Positions 8,017-16,915 of a DNA stretch of 22,938 nt are shown here, piece by piece (the stretch's first letter is position 1; each line of letters begins with the position of its first letter). The notes under the pieces are model-generated. The model was not told the origin of the DNA. It saw only the letters and a list, made by a program, of their open reading frames with translations, and made no database searches. Made by a program: the position numbers and the translations under genes. Origin of the DNA: Promethearchaeota archaeon (GTDB lineage: Archaea; Asgardarchaeota; Lokiarchaeia; Sigyniarchaeales; SOKP01); assembly GCA_008080735.1 (NCBI GenBank), contig SHMW01000070.1, positions 1 through 22,938 of the forward strand. The letters are read 5' to 3'.

Positions 8017-8460
8017 TTAGATTGTTAATTCATATATTTCGAATAGTTTTTGGAAGCCTAATTTCAAGAATAATTCTTCAGCTGCTCTGTTTAAGTGGGG
8101 TTTTAATGCCAATCTAATCGATTCTATGTGATGTCGTTTAAAATAGTCGATAATATGATGCATTATTTTTTCACCAATTCCCGCTCTCCGCTTTTCTTCT
8201 TTCACTATCAAATTAGACATATATCCGAATCGAAATCCTTTATCAGATTTCTTAATAGAACAATGAGCCATCCCTAACACTTGATTTGTCTCCTCATCAA
8301 ATGCCACAATGACCTCACTGCTAGTATCTTGTCGCATTTGCTCCTCTAAGTTGGTTCTCCATCTTTCCTCCTCGAATTCTTGGTTTTTAATCGCACAGAG
8401 ATTCTTCATAAGACTCGTAATCTCGTTTATATCGCGTTCAGTGAATTCCCGTAGAATCAT
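8017..8460 (-). CDS. GNAT family N-acetyltransferase
   Basis: ILREFT..D start, NLIVKEEKRRAGIGEKIM acetyl-CoA motif A, AEELFLKLGF motif B. Confidence 0.9.
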   Translation of the reverse strand: MILREFTERDINEITSLMKNLCAIKNQEFEEERWRTNLEEQMRQDTSSEVIVAFDEETNQVLGMAHCSIKKSDKGFRFGYMSNLIVKEEKRRAGIGEKIMHHIIDYFKRHHIESIRLALKPHLNRAAEELFLKLGFQKLFEIYELTI

Positions 8461-8599
8461 ATAGAGGTAAAATTATAGTTATAATTTTTAGTAATTTTTA
8501 GTAATTAAAGAATTTTATTTGAGATTATTAGCATTTTCTTGAAATATATATAAATTAGATAGAATAATAAGAGATTCAAGAAGAGAAAAACTAATTTTT

Positions 8600-8898
8600 T
8601 TAAATTTTCCTTTTTGCACTTTTAGATAAAAATGTAGCGGTTACAGAAGCTGCTATAAATAATGGAAGATAAAGAAATAGGTACCTGAATAGTTGTATTC
8701 CATTATTGCATTATCCCAACTCTGATTTATCCAGTGATCGAACAAATATTGACTCCAATCATATTCTACACCAGATGGAATTGCCGAATATTTAATATAT
8801 GAGTTGTTACTTGTTGCAAAATTAGAACTGATTCAAAATGTAGCAAGAAGGAATAGGGCTACAAATGAAATAGCAGTTTTTTTATTAAATTTCACCAT
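8600..8898 (-). pseudogene. Decayed remnant of a secreted, C-terminally anchored surface protein gene
   Basis: ATG at 8898 gives the signal peptide-like MVKFNKKTAISFVALFLLATF, then TGA (8833-8835), then an aromatic/Asn-rich stretch. A different frame ends in YLFLYLPLFIAASVTATFLSKSAKRKI* (TM helix plus basic tail, stop 8600-8602). Confidence 0.55.
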
Positions 8899-9021
8899 AA
8901 GCCAAAAGATGATACGATCCAATTTAAGCTATTTTGTGAAAATTTTGGAGAGAAATTAAGTGTTGAATTTTAAAATGAAAGAGATTGAAAATCTTAGTTT
9001 TTGATTGGTTACAATTTGTGT

Positions 9022-9555
9022 CTAATTTTTTGTGAGTTTTTGATAACACGGAATACATATTTGCATTCCTTTAAATTCTCGAACTCGAGTAGACATTGTG
9101 GGATCTCCACACTCATCACATATTATTGATTCATGTATCTTTGCGTGTTCTGGAGGATCAAATGCTACCTCTTTAATATTAAAAATTTCATTTGGATCGG
9201 ATTCTAAAAGCATTTTTAAGCGTTCTTCTCTGGTATATTCCTCATGACTATATGGTTCTCCTTTTAGGGAGATTTTTACTGCTTTTTTTTTATCACGGTT
9301 ATAGAAAGTATAATTATTTTTTCCATAATCTCTGTAGATTAGATTACCTTTGCCGAATGTGGTTCCTAAAAGAGCTTGGAGAGCATCGACACTACAATTA
9401 TCATTTTCTACTACAGCAACGAGTTCCTCATCAATAGAGAAATCATGACCATGTTCTAAGATATATTTTGAAACGAGGACGCCTAATGCAAGCCCAGGAC
9501 ATGTGTGTCCATGAAATTTAACCGCCTCTTCCATCAATTCTTTTGTTTCAACCAT
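9022..9555 (-). CDS. FmdE/FwdE family protein with C-terminal zinc finger
   Basis: FHGHTCPGLALG, ENDNCSVDALQ..GTTFGKGNL, and C-terminal CDECG...CIPC. Confidence 0.9.
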   Translation of the reverse strand: MVETKELMEEAVKFHGHTCPGLALGVLVSKYILEHGHDFSIDEELVAVVENDNCSVDALQALLGTTFGKGNLIYRDYGKNNYTFYNRDKKKAVKISLKGEPYSHEEYTREERLKMLLESDPNEIFNIKEVAFDPPEHAKIHESIICDECGDPTMSTRVREFKGMQICIPCYQKLTKN

Positions 9556-9666
9556 ATTATCAAAAGATGGGAATGAATACTATTAATATTTTTTCCCTTT
9601 AATTATTAGATTTAAATAATGGGATTTATATTTTAAAATCATGAGAATTATACGGGCGTTGATATA

Positions 9667-10170
9667 ATGAAATTTCTTACGGATTCTATGTTCGGTAAGC
9701 TCACTAGATTTCTAAGGATATTTTCGTATGACACAGTTTATGCAAATGACCTTATTGATGTTTATGAATTGGATCCCATTCCGGATGATATTTTGAGAGA
9801 ATTTGCCGAGAAGACGAATAGAATTGTCATCACTCGAGATTATCCGTTCCACAATAAAATTCCAGATAAAAGTATCTATTTAGAAGGTGAAGGGGTGTAC
9901 AATTTCTTAAAACAGCTTAAAGAAAAATTAGATTTAGAATATAATATTGATATGCAGCACGCACGATGCTCTTTGTGTAATTCAGAACTAAAAAAGATTG
10001 AAAATAAAAATGAAATCAAAGATGAGCTTAATGAATCAACATATTTATATTACGATACTTTTTATCAGTGTGTGAACCCCGAATGTCAAAAAATCTTCTG
10101 GAATGGTCCACATATCGAAGAAATAAAAAGAAGATTAAAGAGTAAACTAATATCGGGCTCAGATATTTAA
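9667..10170 (+). CDS. Mut7-C RNase domain protein (PIN-like, with zinc ribbon)
   Basis: MKFLTDSMFGKLTRFLR..YDT, RIVITRD, and RCSLCN...C..PECQKIFWNGPH. Confidence 0.9.
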   Translation: MKFLTDSMFGKLTRFLRIFSYDTVYANDLIDVYELDPIPDDILREFAEKTNRIVITRDYPFHNKIPDKSIYLEGEGVYNFLKQLKEKLDLEYNIDMQHARCSLCNSELKKIENKNEIKDELNESTYLYYDTFYQCVNPECQKIFWNGPHIEEIKRRLKSKLISGSDI

Positions 10171-10237
10171 GATTATTAAATCGTTGCTTATAAGATATGC
10201 TATTAAATTAGGAGGAGAGAATTCATTCATGTGAAGT

Positions 10238-10471
10238 CTATTCTTTCTTTTTGAAGTGCTCTTGCTTTAGTTCATCGAATTTTTGTTTTGTTTTTTCTGC
10301 ATCATCTGCACAATTTCCTTTTTTGTACATATTATAAGCTTGACTTAGCAACTCTAAAGCTTTTCGATATTCTTTATTTGAAATATGATTTTTTGAGAGC
10401 TCCACTAAGTTATCCCCCTTTTTTTTATAAAATTCAATCCATTGCCCACTTGTATCACTATCTTTACTCAT
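10238..10471 (-). CDS. Small helical (TPR-like) hypothetical protein
   Basis: KGDNL...EYRKALELLSQAYNMYKK resembles a single TPR. ATG start. Confidence 0.6.
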   Translation of the reverse strand: MSKDSDTSGQWIEFYKKKGDNLVELSKNHISNKEYRKALELLSQAYNMYKKGNCADDAEKTKQKFDELKQEHFKKKE

Positions 10472-10509
10472 TTCCCAATTTCCTCAACATTTAATTTAAT
10501 TCGATAAAA

Positions 10510-10524
10510 TTATCATTATGATAA
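10510..10524. promoter_or_regulatory. Perfect 7-1-7 palindrome, putative transcription-factor site
   Basis: TTATCAT-T-ATGATAA, 39-53 nt upstream of the start at 10471 on the minus strand. Confidence 0.35.
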
Positions 10525-10556
10525 ATAATCATATAAAACTAATTAAATGTATTTTT

Positions 10557-11975
10557 TCAAATATCGTTTAATTTCTTATGATAAATATCCATATTTACCA
10601 TTTTTTGTTGCAATCGAGCTTCATCAACCGCAAAAGCCATTATATGACTTTCAATTGCTTCTCTCGCATTAGTCAAGGAAGCCGTCTCCCTAGTCGTGAG
10701 CGTCTTTATGAAAGCATCTAATAATTTATAATCTCCCCCTCCATGTTGGGCACCGCTTACATCTAATTCTTTTTGAAATACTATTTCCTCTTTTCCAGTA
10801 TAATGATCAAAAATAGTTATGTTTTCCCCATAACTCATAAATTCCCCTTTAAGAGTACCTTTTGTCCCATCAATCCGTAATGTTCTGCCCTCACTCTCGC
10901 TAAATCCGTGCATAGTCAAGTTAGCTGTTAATCCGTTGGAGAATTCTATTTGGACTAGCTGGTGATCAACTACGTTATTGTCCGATTGATAAACACACTT
11001 TCCATAGGGACTGCTTTTGAGGATTCTTCTCTTTATCTCATCTGAGTAATCCTCTTCCTCATCTTCATAGAGGTAATTGACTGGCCAGTCTCTCCAATAT
11101 CGCAATCTCTTTAAGGGAGGAATTATCTTTGAGAGATAGGTCAGAAATTTGACGTGATCTTTTCTTAATTTCATAAGAAATTTGTAAAATCTCTTATTGC
11201 TCCTTTGGACAATTTGGATAATAGGCTCTATATCTATATAAATTCGGGGGGCATAATATAGACAAGACTCCTCAATCGGACATCCTTCTACACAGTATTT
11301 TGGAGCGCCTTCTGGAGCATTCTCCTCAATAAAGTATGAAAGACTTCCGGTTGAACATATTTTTGCGGGGAGGTCTTTCACAAACCAATATAATAAATCC
11401 AAATCGTGACAGCATTTGGCGAGAATCATTGGAGAAGATTTTTCTCTATTTGCCCATTCCCCTCTTACATAGGAATGTGAATAATGATACCATGCAACAT
11501 TTTCTCTATGAGTGATGTTCATTATTTTACCCAATCTCCCACTCTCTATGATTTCATTAACCTTATTGAAAAAATCGGTATATCGCAGGACATGACACAC
11601 ACCCAAAATTCGCCCAGTTTCTTCCACCTTTTTTACAATTTTCAGACAATCCTCAAGGGTATGTGCCATAGGTTTCTCCAACAAGATCTCATATCCTTTT
11701 TCTAATGCACTTAATGTTGGTCTTGTATGCATTTGGTCTTGAGTACATATCACCGCAACATCTGCCAGTTTGTTTTGAGCCAATAATTCTTCCCAATCAT
11801 CAAAGATATTATCTTTGGAAATGTGGTGCAATTGAGCAAATTTTTCTCGTCTTCGTTTAATAGGTTCCGCAACCGCTACAAATTTCAATTTATTAGGATA
11901 TTCTAAAGCATAACTTCCATATGTCATCCCTCGATTTCCCGCACCCATTAAAACAGCTTTTATTGGAGTATTCAT
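10557..11975 (-). CDS. Gfo/Idh/MocA family NAD(P)-dependent oxidoreductase
   Basis: GAGNRG Rossmann motif, LLEKPMA, HVLRY, HSYVRG, LAKCCHDLD, HGGGD. Confidence 0.92.
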   Translation of the reverse strand: MNTPIKAVLMGAGNRGMTYGSYALEYPNKLKFVAVAEPIKRRREKFAQLHHISKDNIFDDWEELLAQNKLADVAVICTQDQMHTRPTLSALEKGYEILLEKPMAHTLEDCLKIVKKVEETGRILGVCHVLRYTDFFNKVNEIIESGRLGKIMNITHRENVAWYHYSHSYVRGEWANREKSSPMILAKCCHDLDLLYWFVKDLPAKICSTGSLSYFIEENAPEGAPKYCVEGCPIEESCLYYAPRIYIDIEPIIQIVQRSNKRFYKFLMKLRKDHVKFLTYLSKIIPPLKRLRYWRDWPVNYLYEDEEEDYSDEIKRRILKSSPYGKCVYQSDNNVVDHQLVQIEFSNGLTANLTMHGFSESEGRTLRIDGTKGTLKGEFMSYGENITIFDHYTGKEEIVFQKELDVSGAQHGGGDYKLLDAFIKTLTTRETASLTNAREAIESHIMAFAVDEARLQQKMVNMDIYHKKLNDI

Positions 11976-11993
11976 AAATTTACACCATATATT

Positions 11994-13115
11994 CTAATTG
12001 AACACTTTCGGAATCTTTCCTTCAACTAATAAATAATCGACTAAGGAGATCGCAGTCATAGCCTCCACTACCACAATAACTCGAGGAACTATACAAGGAT
12101 CATGCCTTCCCGTTAATTTAAAAGTAGTATTCTCCATTTTTTTGATATTTACCGTATTTTGTTCTATCCCTATAGACGCAGTCGGTTTAATGGCAAGCAT
12201 AAATTCAATGGGCATTCCCGTTGACATACCTCCAATAATGCCTCCTGCATCATTTTTCATGGGTCTTACTTTTCCATCAATCACCCTCCATGGGTCATTA
12301 TGTTCGGAACCCCGCATTCTGCCAGCTTTGAATCCCGCCCCGAATTCAATTGCCTTTACTGCTGGAATCGAAAACATAGCATGACTTATATCTGATTCAA
12401 GACTATGAAACACAGGCCCTCCTACTCCAGCGGGAAAATTCTTGACGATACATTTTATGATTCCCCCAATTGAATCATTCTCGTTTTTAATTTCCTCAAT
12501 TAATTTGATCATTTTCTCAGATATGTTTTTATTCATACATCTTACAATAGATTTTTCTCTACGTGCTCTTAGATGATCTATTTCATCAAAATTATATTCT
12601 TGTTCATCCTCAATATCACCTATACTCTTTGTATAGGCAAACACGTTAATTTCACACTTTCTGAGGATCAGTTTTGCTACAGCCCCAGCCATTACGAATC
12701 CAGCCGTGATTCTTCCAGAAAATCTTCCTGATCCTCGGTAATCTGCGAAACCTCCATATTTTTTTAATGCGGTATAATCTATATGTGATGGTCGCAAAAA
12801 ATCTTTTAAATCTTCATATTTTGATGAGTCCACATCTTTATTTTTGATAATCATACAAATAGGTGCTCCAGTGGTTCTATTCTTAAATATTCCCGATAAG
12901 AATTTAACCTTGTCTGCTTCCTTTCTTTGAGAAGATACTTTTGATTGTCCTGGTTTACGCTTTTCCATTTCATTCTGGATAAACTGCCTATCGAACTCCA
13001 ATCCTGCGGGAACACCATCAATAAGTATCCCTACCACTTTTCCATGACTTTCTCCGAATGAAGTTATTTTAAACGCTCTTCCTAAAGAATTATCATCCAT
13101 ATATATTGGCACCAA
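11994..13115 (-). CDS. aroC: Chorismate synthase (true start probably ATG at 13100)
   Basis: SFGESHG, RPSHIDY, GRFSGR, NDSIGG, KPTASI, GRHDPCIVPR. Confidence 0.97.
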   Translation of the reverse strand: MVPIYMDDNSLGRAFKITSFGESHGKVVGILIDGVPAGLEFDRQFIQNEMEKRKPGQSKVSSQRKEADKVKFLSGIFKNRTTGAPICMIIKNKDVDSSKYEDLKDFLRPSHIDYTALKKYGGFADYRGSGRFSGRITAGFVMAGAVAKLILRKCEINVFAYTKSIGDIEDEQEYNFDEIDHLRARREKSIVRCMNKNISEKMIKLIEEIKNENDSIGGIIKCIVKNFPAGVGGPVFHSLESDISHAMFSIPAVKAIEFGAGFKAGRMRGSEHNDPWRVIDGKVRPMKNDAGGIIGGMSTGMPIEFMLAIKPTASIGIEQNTVNIKKMENTTFKLTGRHDPCIVPRVIVVVEAMTAISLVDYLLVEGKIPKVFN

Positions 13116-13282
13116 TTTATCATATCTGAATCATATTGAAACCTTAATCGATAAATATTTATTATAACTTGAAGGATATACCTTTTTAAACACAACAAAA
13201 AGACACACCTTCCAAATTTTATTTCTATTGTGAAAAGTACACAATTAAAATTAAATCTATCAAAATCCTATGTATTATTAAA

Positions 13283-14611
13283 ATGGATTTAAAAATAATT
13301 GCACCCACAGACAGCTTAAATGGTCAAATAACACCACCGGGCTCGAAAAGCTATTCCCATAGAGCATTCATATTGGCAGCGCTTGCTCCCGGTGTGTCCA
13401 TAATTAAAAATCCATTGGTTTCTGGGGATGTTGAGGTTACTATAAATATTTTAAAACAATTAGGAATCAAAATTTTGCCCCAGGAACAGAATATGTACAT
13501 AATTACTGGAAGAGAGCATTTTTCCACATCCGAAATTACAGCAATAGATTGCTACAATTCGGGTACGAGTGTGCGTATTTTTAGCGCATTGGCACTATTA
13601 GTTGAGGGTGGATTGAAGTTAACTGGTGAATTTTTTAGGAGAAATCGTCCCATCAAGCCTTTATTGGAAGCTCTTAGAAAGTTGGGGGCGCAATACTCCC
13701 TTCAAGAAGATGGGGTGATTATAACTCGGAAGGACGTTTTTTGTAAAACTATTGCCATTAGAGGAGATATTAGCTCTCAATTTATTACCGCTTTATTAAT
13801 TCTCCTGCCATTATTAGATTGTTCTAAAAAGGGACTTATGGAAATTAATATAACGACTAAATTAGTATCATATCCCTATGTAAAAATTAGTCTAGATGTT
13901 CTTAGAAATTTCGGCATAAGTATAATCGAAGAAACCAATAATAATGGGTTATTGAGATACATAATTGAGACAGGTCAGAAGATTCGGACTCAAGAATATG
14001 AGATCCCCGTAGATTTTTCATCTGCCTCATTCATTATTGCGGCGGCAGCGCTCTCAAAAGGAGATTCCCATGTTTTAGTTAAAAATCTTGATTTTCAAAA
14101 TCCTCAAGGTGACAAAAGGATTATTGAAATACTAAAACAGATGGGTGCAAAGATTCAAATTAACTTAGCTGAAAGAAGCGTCTTAGTATATGGAAATATT
14201 TCTAAATATCCCTTAAAAGGAAGGAAAATCGATTGTAAAAATATTCCCGACCTTTTTCCAATATTATCCGTGGTTGGAGCATTCGCTCAAGGAACCACGC
14301 ATCTTTATAATGCGAAAAGTTTGCGGTTTAAGGAAAGCGATAGAATCTCCGCGATGGCATCTGAGTTAAAAAAAATGGGAGTGTCTACAGAAGAACAAGA
14401 AGATGGACTCTTAATCCATCACACCGAAGAGCTCTCTGGATGTAACATCGATCATAGAAAAGACCATCGGATCGCAATGGCTTGCGCAGTCGCGGCATTA
14501 TATGCCAGTTCAGAATCAACAATTAAAAATATAGAAATAGTAAAGGATTCATATCCTCAATTTGTAGAAGATTTAGAATCATTAGGCGTTCATATTGAAA
14601 GAAAAACTTAA
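13283..14611 (+). CDS. aroA: 3-phosphoshikimate 1-carboxyvinyltransferase (EPSP synthase)
   Basis: PGSKSYSHRA, NSGTSVR, SSQFITAL, DFSSAS, LRFKESDRI, DHRIAMA, SYPQF. Confidence 0.97.
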   Translation: MDLKIIAPTDSLNGQITPPGSKSYSHRAFILAALAPGVSIIKNPLVSGDVEVTINILKQLGIKILPQEQNMYIITGREHFSTSEITAIDCYNSGTSVRIFSALALLVEGGLKLTGEFFRRNRPIKPLLEALRKLGAQYSLQEDGVIITRKDVFCKTIAIRGDISSQFITALLILLPLLDCSKKGLMEINITTKLVSYPYVKISLDVLRNFGISIIEETNNNGLLRYIIETGQKIRTQEYEIPVDFSSASFIIAAAALSKGDSHVLVKNLDFQNPQGDKRIIEILKQMGAKIQINLAERSVLVYGNISKYPLKGRKIDCKNIPDLFPILSVVGAFAQGTTHLYNAKSLRFKESDRISAMASELKKMGVSTEEQEDGLLIHHTEELSGCNIDHRKDHRIAMACAVAALYASSESTIKNIEIVKDSYPQFVEDLESLGVHIERKT

Positions 14612-14631
14612 AATACAAATCGTGCGTAAAA

Positions 14632-15051
14632 TTAACGGAATGATTTTTGTCTGCGAGCTCGTGCCTTTTTTCCACCAAATTTCTTGGGTTCAGTTCTTCG
14701 CTCATCACCGCTTAATAATGCATCATCATAATCTCTCAAGATATTTTCAACTTTCTTCGTACCAATAAATTTATTTAATGCTCTTGCGATAGCAAAACGA
14801 ATGGCGTCAGATTGTGATGAAACTCCCCCGCCTTGAACCTTCACATCAATATCGCATTTCTCGATTTTTGGATTATTGATAATTTCTAAGACTTCTTGAA
14901 TCCGCATCCGCTCTATTTCGGGTTCATATATTTCTAAGGGGACACGATTAATACGAATACGACCTTTAGAGGGATGTCGCAATACCGCCCTCGCAATCGC
15001 AGTCTTTCTCTTCCCAGATGATTGGATTACTTTCATAGACATTTTTCTCAT
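14632..15051 (-). CDS. rps9: 30S ribosomal protein uS9
   Basis: GKRKTAIARA, VQGGGVSSQ, RRTEPKKFGG..AR.R.QKSFR (archaeal/eukaryotic C-terminus). Confidence 0.97.
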   Translation of the reverse strand: MRKMSMKVIQSSGKRKTAIARAVLRHPSKGRIRINRVPLEIYEPEIERMRIQEVLEIINNPKIEKCDIDVKVQGGGVSSQSDAIRFAIARALNKFIGTKKVENILRDYDDALLSGDERRTEPKKFGGKKARARRQKSFR

Positions 15052-15524
15052 ACCTCAATCTTTTGCATTTTCCATTGACCGATTTGGTCGCATAATTCTT
15101 CTAATGTTACAAATTTGTTATAATAGAATAAGCGCTGTTTTTCACATTTCGGTATTTCTTGTGGTTTTAGATTCGGATATCTCTTTTTAAAGCGTTCAGG
15201 GATTTGTCCGATAAATACATGTACTCGTTTTACCGCCTCTTTTCCTCGGACAGTTTTCCTCGGAAGCATTTGTTTTATTACACGCTTCATGAAAGTATCA
15301 GGTCGTCTCTTATGGAAAGGTCCACGCGTCGGATTTGTGGATGTGCGTATATTTAGTTTTGCTAAATATTTATTGAATACGTCCTTTTTATTTCCACTAA
15401 TAATCGCATCTTTCGCGTTTATAATTACAATATACTCTCCTAAGAGGGCTTTTTTTGCAATTTGAGAACAAAAACGCCCGAGAATTTTGTCTGTTGCGTC
15501 AAATAATAGATGATATTTTGGCAT
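15048..15524 (-). CDS. rpl13: 50S ribosomal protein uL13
   Basis: DATDKILGR..S.IAK, GPFH.RRPD, MLPRK..RG. ATGA overlap with rps9. Confidence 0.96.
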   Translation of the reverse strand: MPKYHLLFDATDKILGRFCSQIAKKALLGEYIVIINAKDAIISGNKKDVFNKYLAKLNIRTSTNPTRGPFHKRRPDTFMKRVIKQMLPRKTVRGKEAVKRVHVFIGQIPERFKKRYPNLKPQEIPKCEKQRLFYYNKFVTLEELCDQIGQWKMQKIEV

Positions 15525-15547
15525 AATGATTCACTTTCTTGAGTTTT

Positions 15548-15913
15548 CTAATAAAAGATTTTTACACCTGAGCCTTCTGGGTTTTCAGCCAGTAATTCTT
15601 CAATAGATAATAATGTGCTTCCAGAATTCGTGATTTTTTCACGTGCGTTTCTCGAACAGTCTAAACACGCGATAGTCACTCTATGATCCAATGTACCATT
15701 TCCTAATACTTTACCTGGGATCACTATTACATCTCCTTCTTGCGTTTTATTGTTGATCCGCTTTAAGTTTGCCTCTACTCTATTTTTTCTGGACCCACTT
15801 AGTTTCTTGGAAATTTGTCTCCAGATATTTCTTTTAGTTTTCCACAAATCCCGAATCAATTTTCTCACGTAAAAATTGGACGGACCAGTTATTTTATGAC
15901 TCAATGTAACCAC
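15548..15913 (-). CDS. rpl18e: 50S ribosomal protein eL18
   Basis: N.KRIN, VIPGKVLGNG, S..AREKI, NPEGSGVKI. Located between rpoD and rpl13. Start is GTG at 15913 or TTG at 15904. Confidence 0.95.
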   Translation of the reverse strand: MVTLSHKITGPSNFYVRKLIRDLWKTKRNIWRQISKKLSGSRKNRVEANLKRINNKTQEGDVIVIPGKVLGNGTLDHRVTIACLDCSRNAREKITNSGSTLLSIEELLAENPEGSGVKIFY

Positions 15914-15961
15914 TTTTTTAGTTTTTTTAGTGTAGAATAATTTAATAATTTTTTGATAGAA

Positions 15962-16798
15962 TTATTCTTGGATCTCAGCGCTTTCCAGCTTTTCAAATGC
16001 CTCGTCAATTTTCGCGAGGAAAATATCAAAAGTCTTTCTTAGAATTACGTCAAATGGCAATACTCCGTCGCTTTCGATGGTAAAAATAAATGCTTTATCT
16101 TCGTAATCCACTTTAATCGCAGTTTCAGGACAATTACTTTCACAAGAACGACAAAGTGTGCATGTTTTCCAATACTCTTCCACTAATTCGGGTGATTTCT
16201 TCCCATCTGTGTATTCATAAAGATTTTCTGGACACATGCGTGAGACAATACATTTATCGGGACAATTTTTACATTTACTACTGTCAAATTCGATAATCGG
16301 TAGATATCTATAAAACGCATTAGAGACAGACTGCCATTTCACATGTTCATTAGGACGACCCAGAACCGCATAAGCTTCAAAAATTAAGCTCTCTCCACTC
16401 CCGATCTTGACAATGGGGATATTTGGATTTACTGGAACGATCTTTGGATCATTAGTTTTCAAATCTCCTGAATAAATTACCAGATTGTTCTTAGAATCGT
16501 TCATTACTTCACAAGTGGTGGAAACTTGGCAAAGAGGGCAGCCAAATCCACCGCATTCACAATCCTCTGGAAGATTATAGGCATCTAGATCAGTTGTGAA
16601 TGGAATGAGCCCTATCCGATGAGCTAGAATCTCATCATAAAGTGGAGAGTCATTTTTTAAAATTATAACCTCATCTACTGCCATACTTGGTACCCACCCA
16701 ACCATAATTCGACGGAGAGCATTAACCATTTCAATTGAGATATCTTTAACGATAAATTGCAATGTCTGGTCGGTTTGTTCAATAATCTCGAGTTCCAT
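15962..16798 (-). CDS. rpoD: DNA-directed RNA polymerase subunit D (Rpo3) with ferredoxin-like domain
   Basis: NALRR, NDSPLYDEILAHRIGLIP, CECGGFGCPLC, H.KWQ, Cys clusters CKNC...C...CP and CTLCRSCESNCP, FTIESDG. Confidence 0.97.
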   Translation of the reverse strand: MELEIIEQTDQTLQFIVKDISIEMVNALRRIMVGWVPSMAVDEVIILKNDSPLYDEILAHRIGLIPFTTDLDAYNLPEDCECGGFGCPLCQVSTTCEVMNDSKNNLVIYSGDLKTNDPKIVPVNPNIPIVKIGSGESLIFEAYAVLGRPNEHVKWQSVSNAFYRYLPIIEFDSSKCKNCPDKCIVSRMCPENLYEYTDGKKSPELVEEYWKTCTLCRSCESNCPETAIKVDYEDKAFIFTIESDGVLPFDVILRKTFDIFLAKIDEAFEKLESAEIQE

Positions 16799-16915
16799 AG
16801 TTATTCAATTAGAAAAATAATTAGAAAATATAATACAATTATTTTATAAAAAGCAGCATAAAAGATAAATTTTAGTGATAGGGGGAATAATAACGAAAAA
16901 TGAAAGGGATATCTC

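Noticed and set aside
8481-8506. Short tandem repeat TAATTTTTAG x2 upstream of the GNAT gene
   Set aside because: Only two copies of an AT-rich unit with no spacers. It is not CRISPR-like and is expected by chance.
8833-8835. In-frame TGA as selenocysteine
   Set aside because: It falls in a signal-peptide-like segment with no redox motif, no recognisable SECIS was seen, and the frame is also broken downstream.
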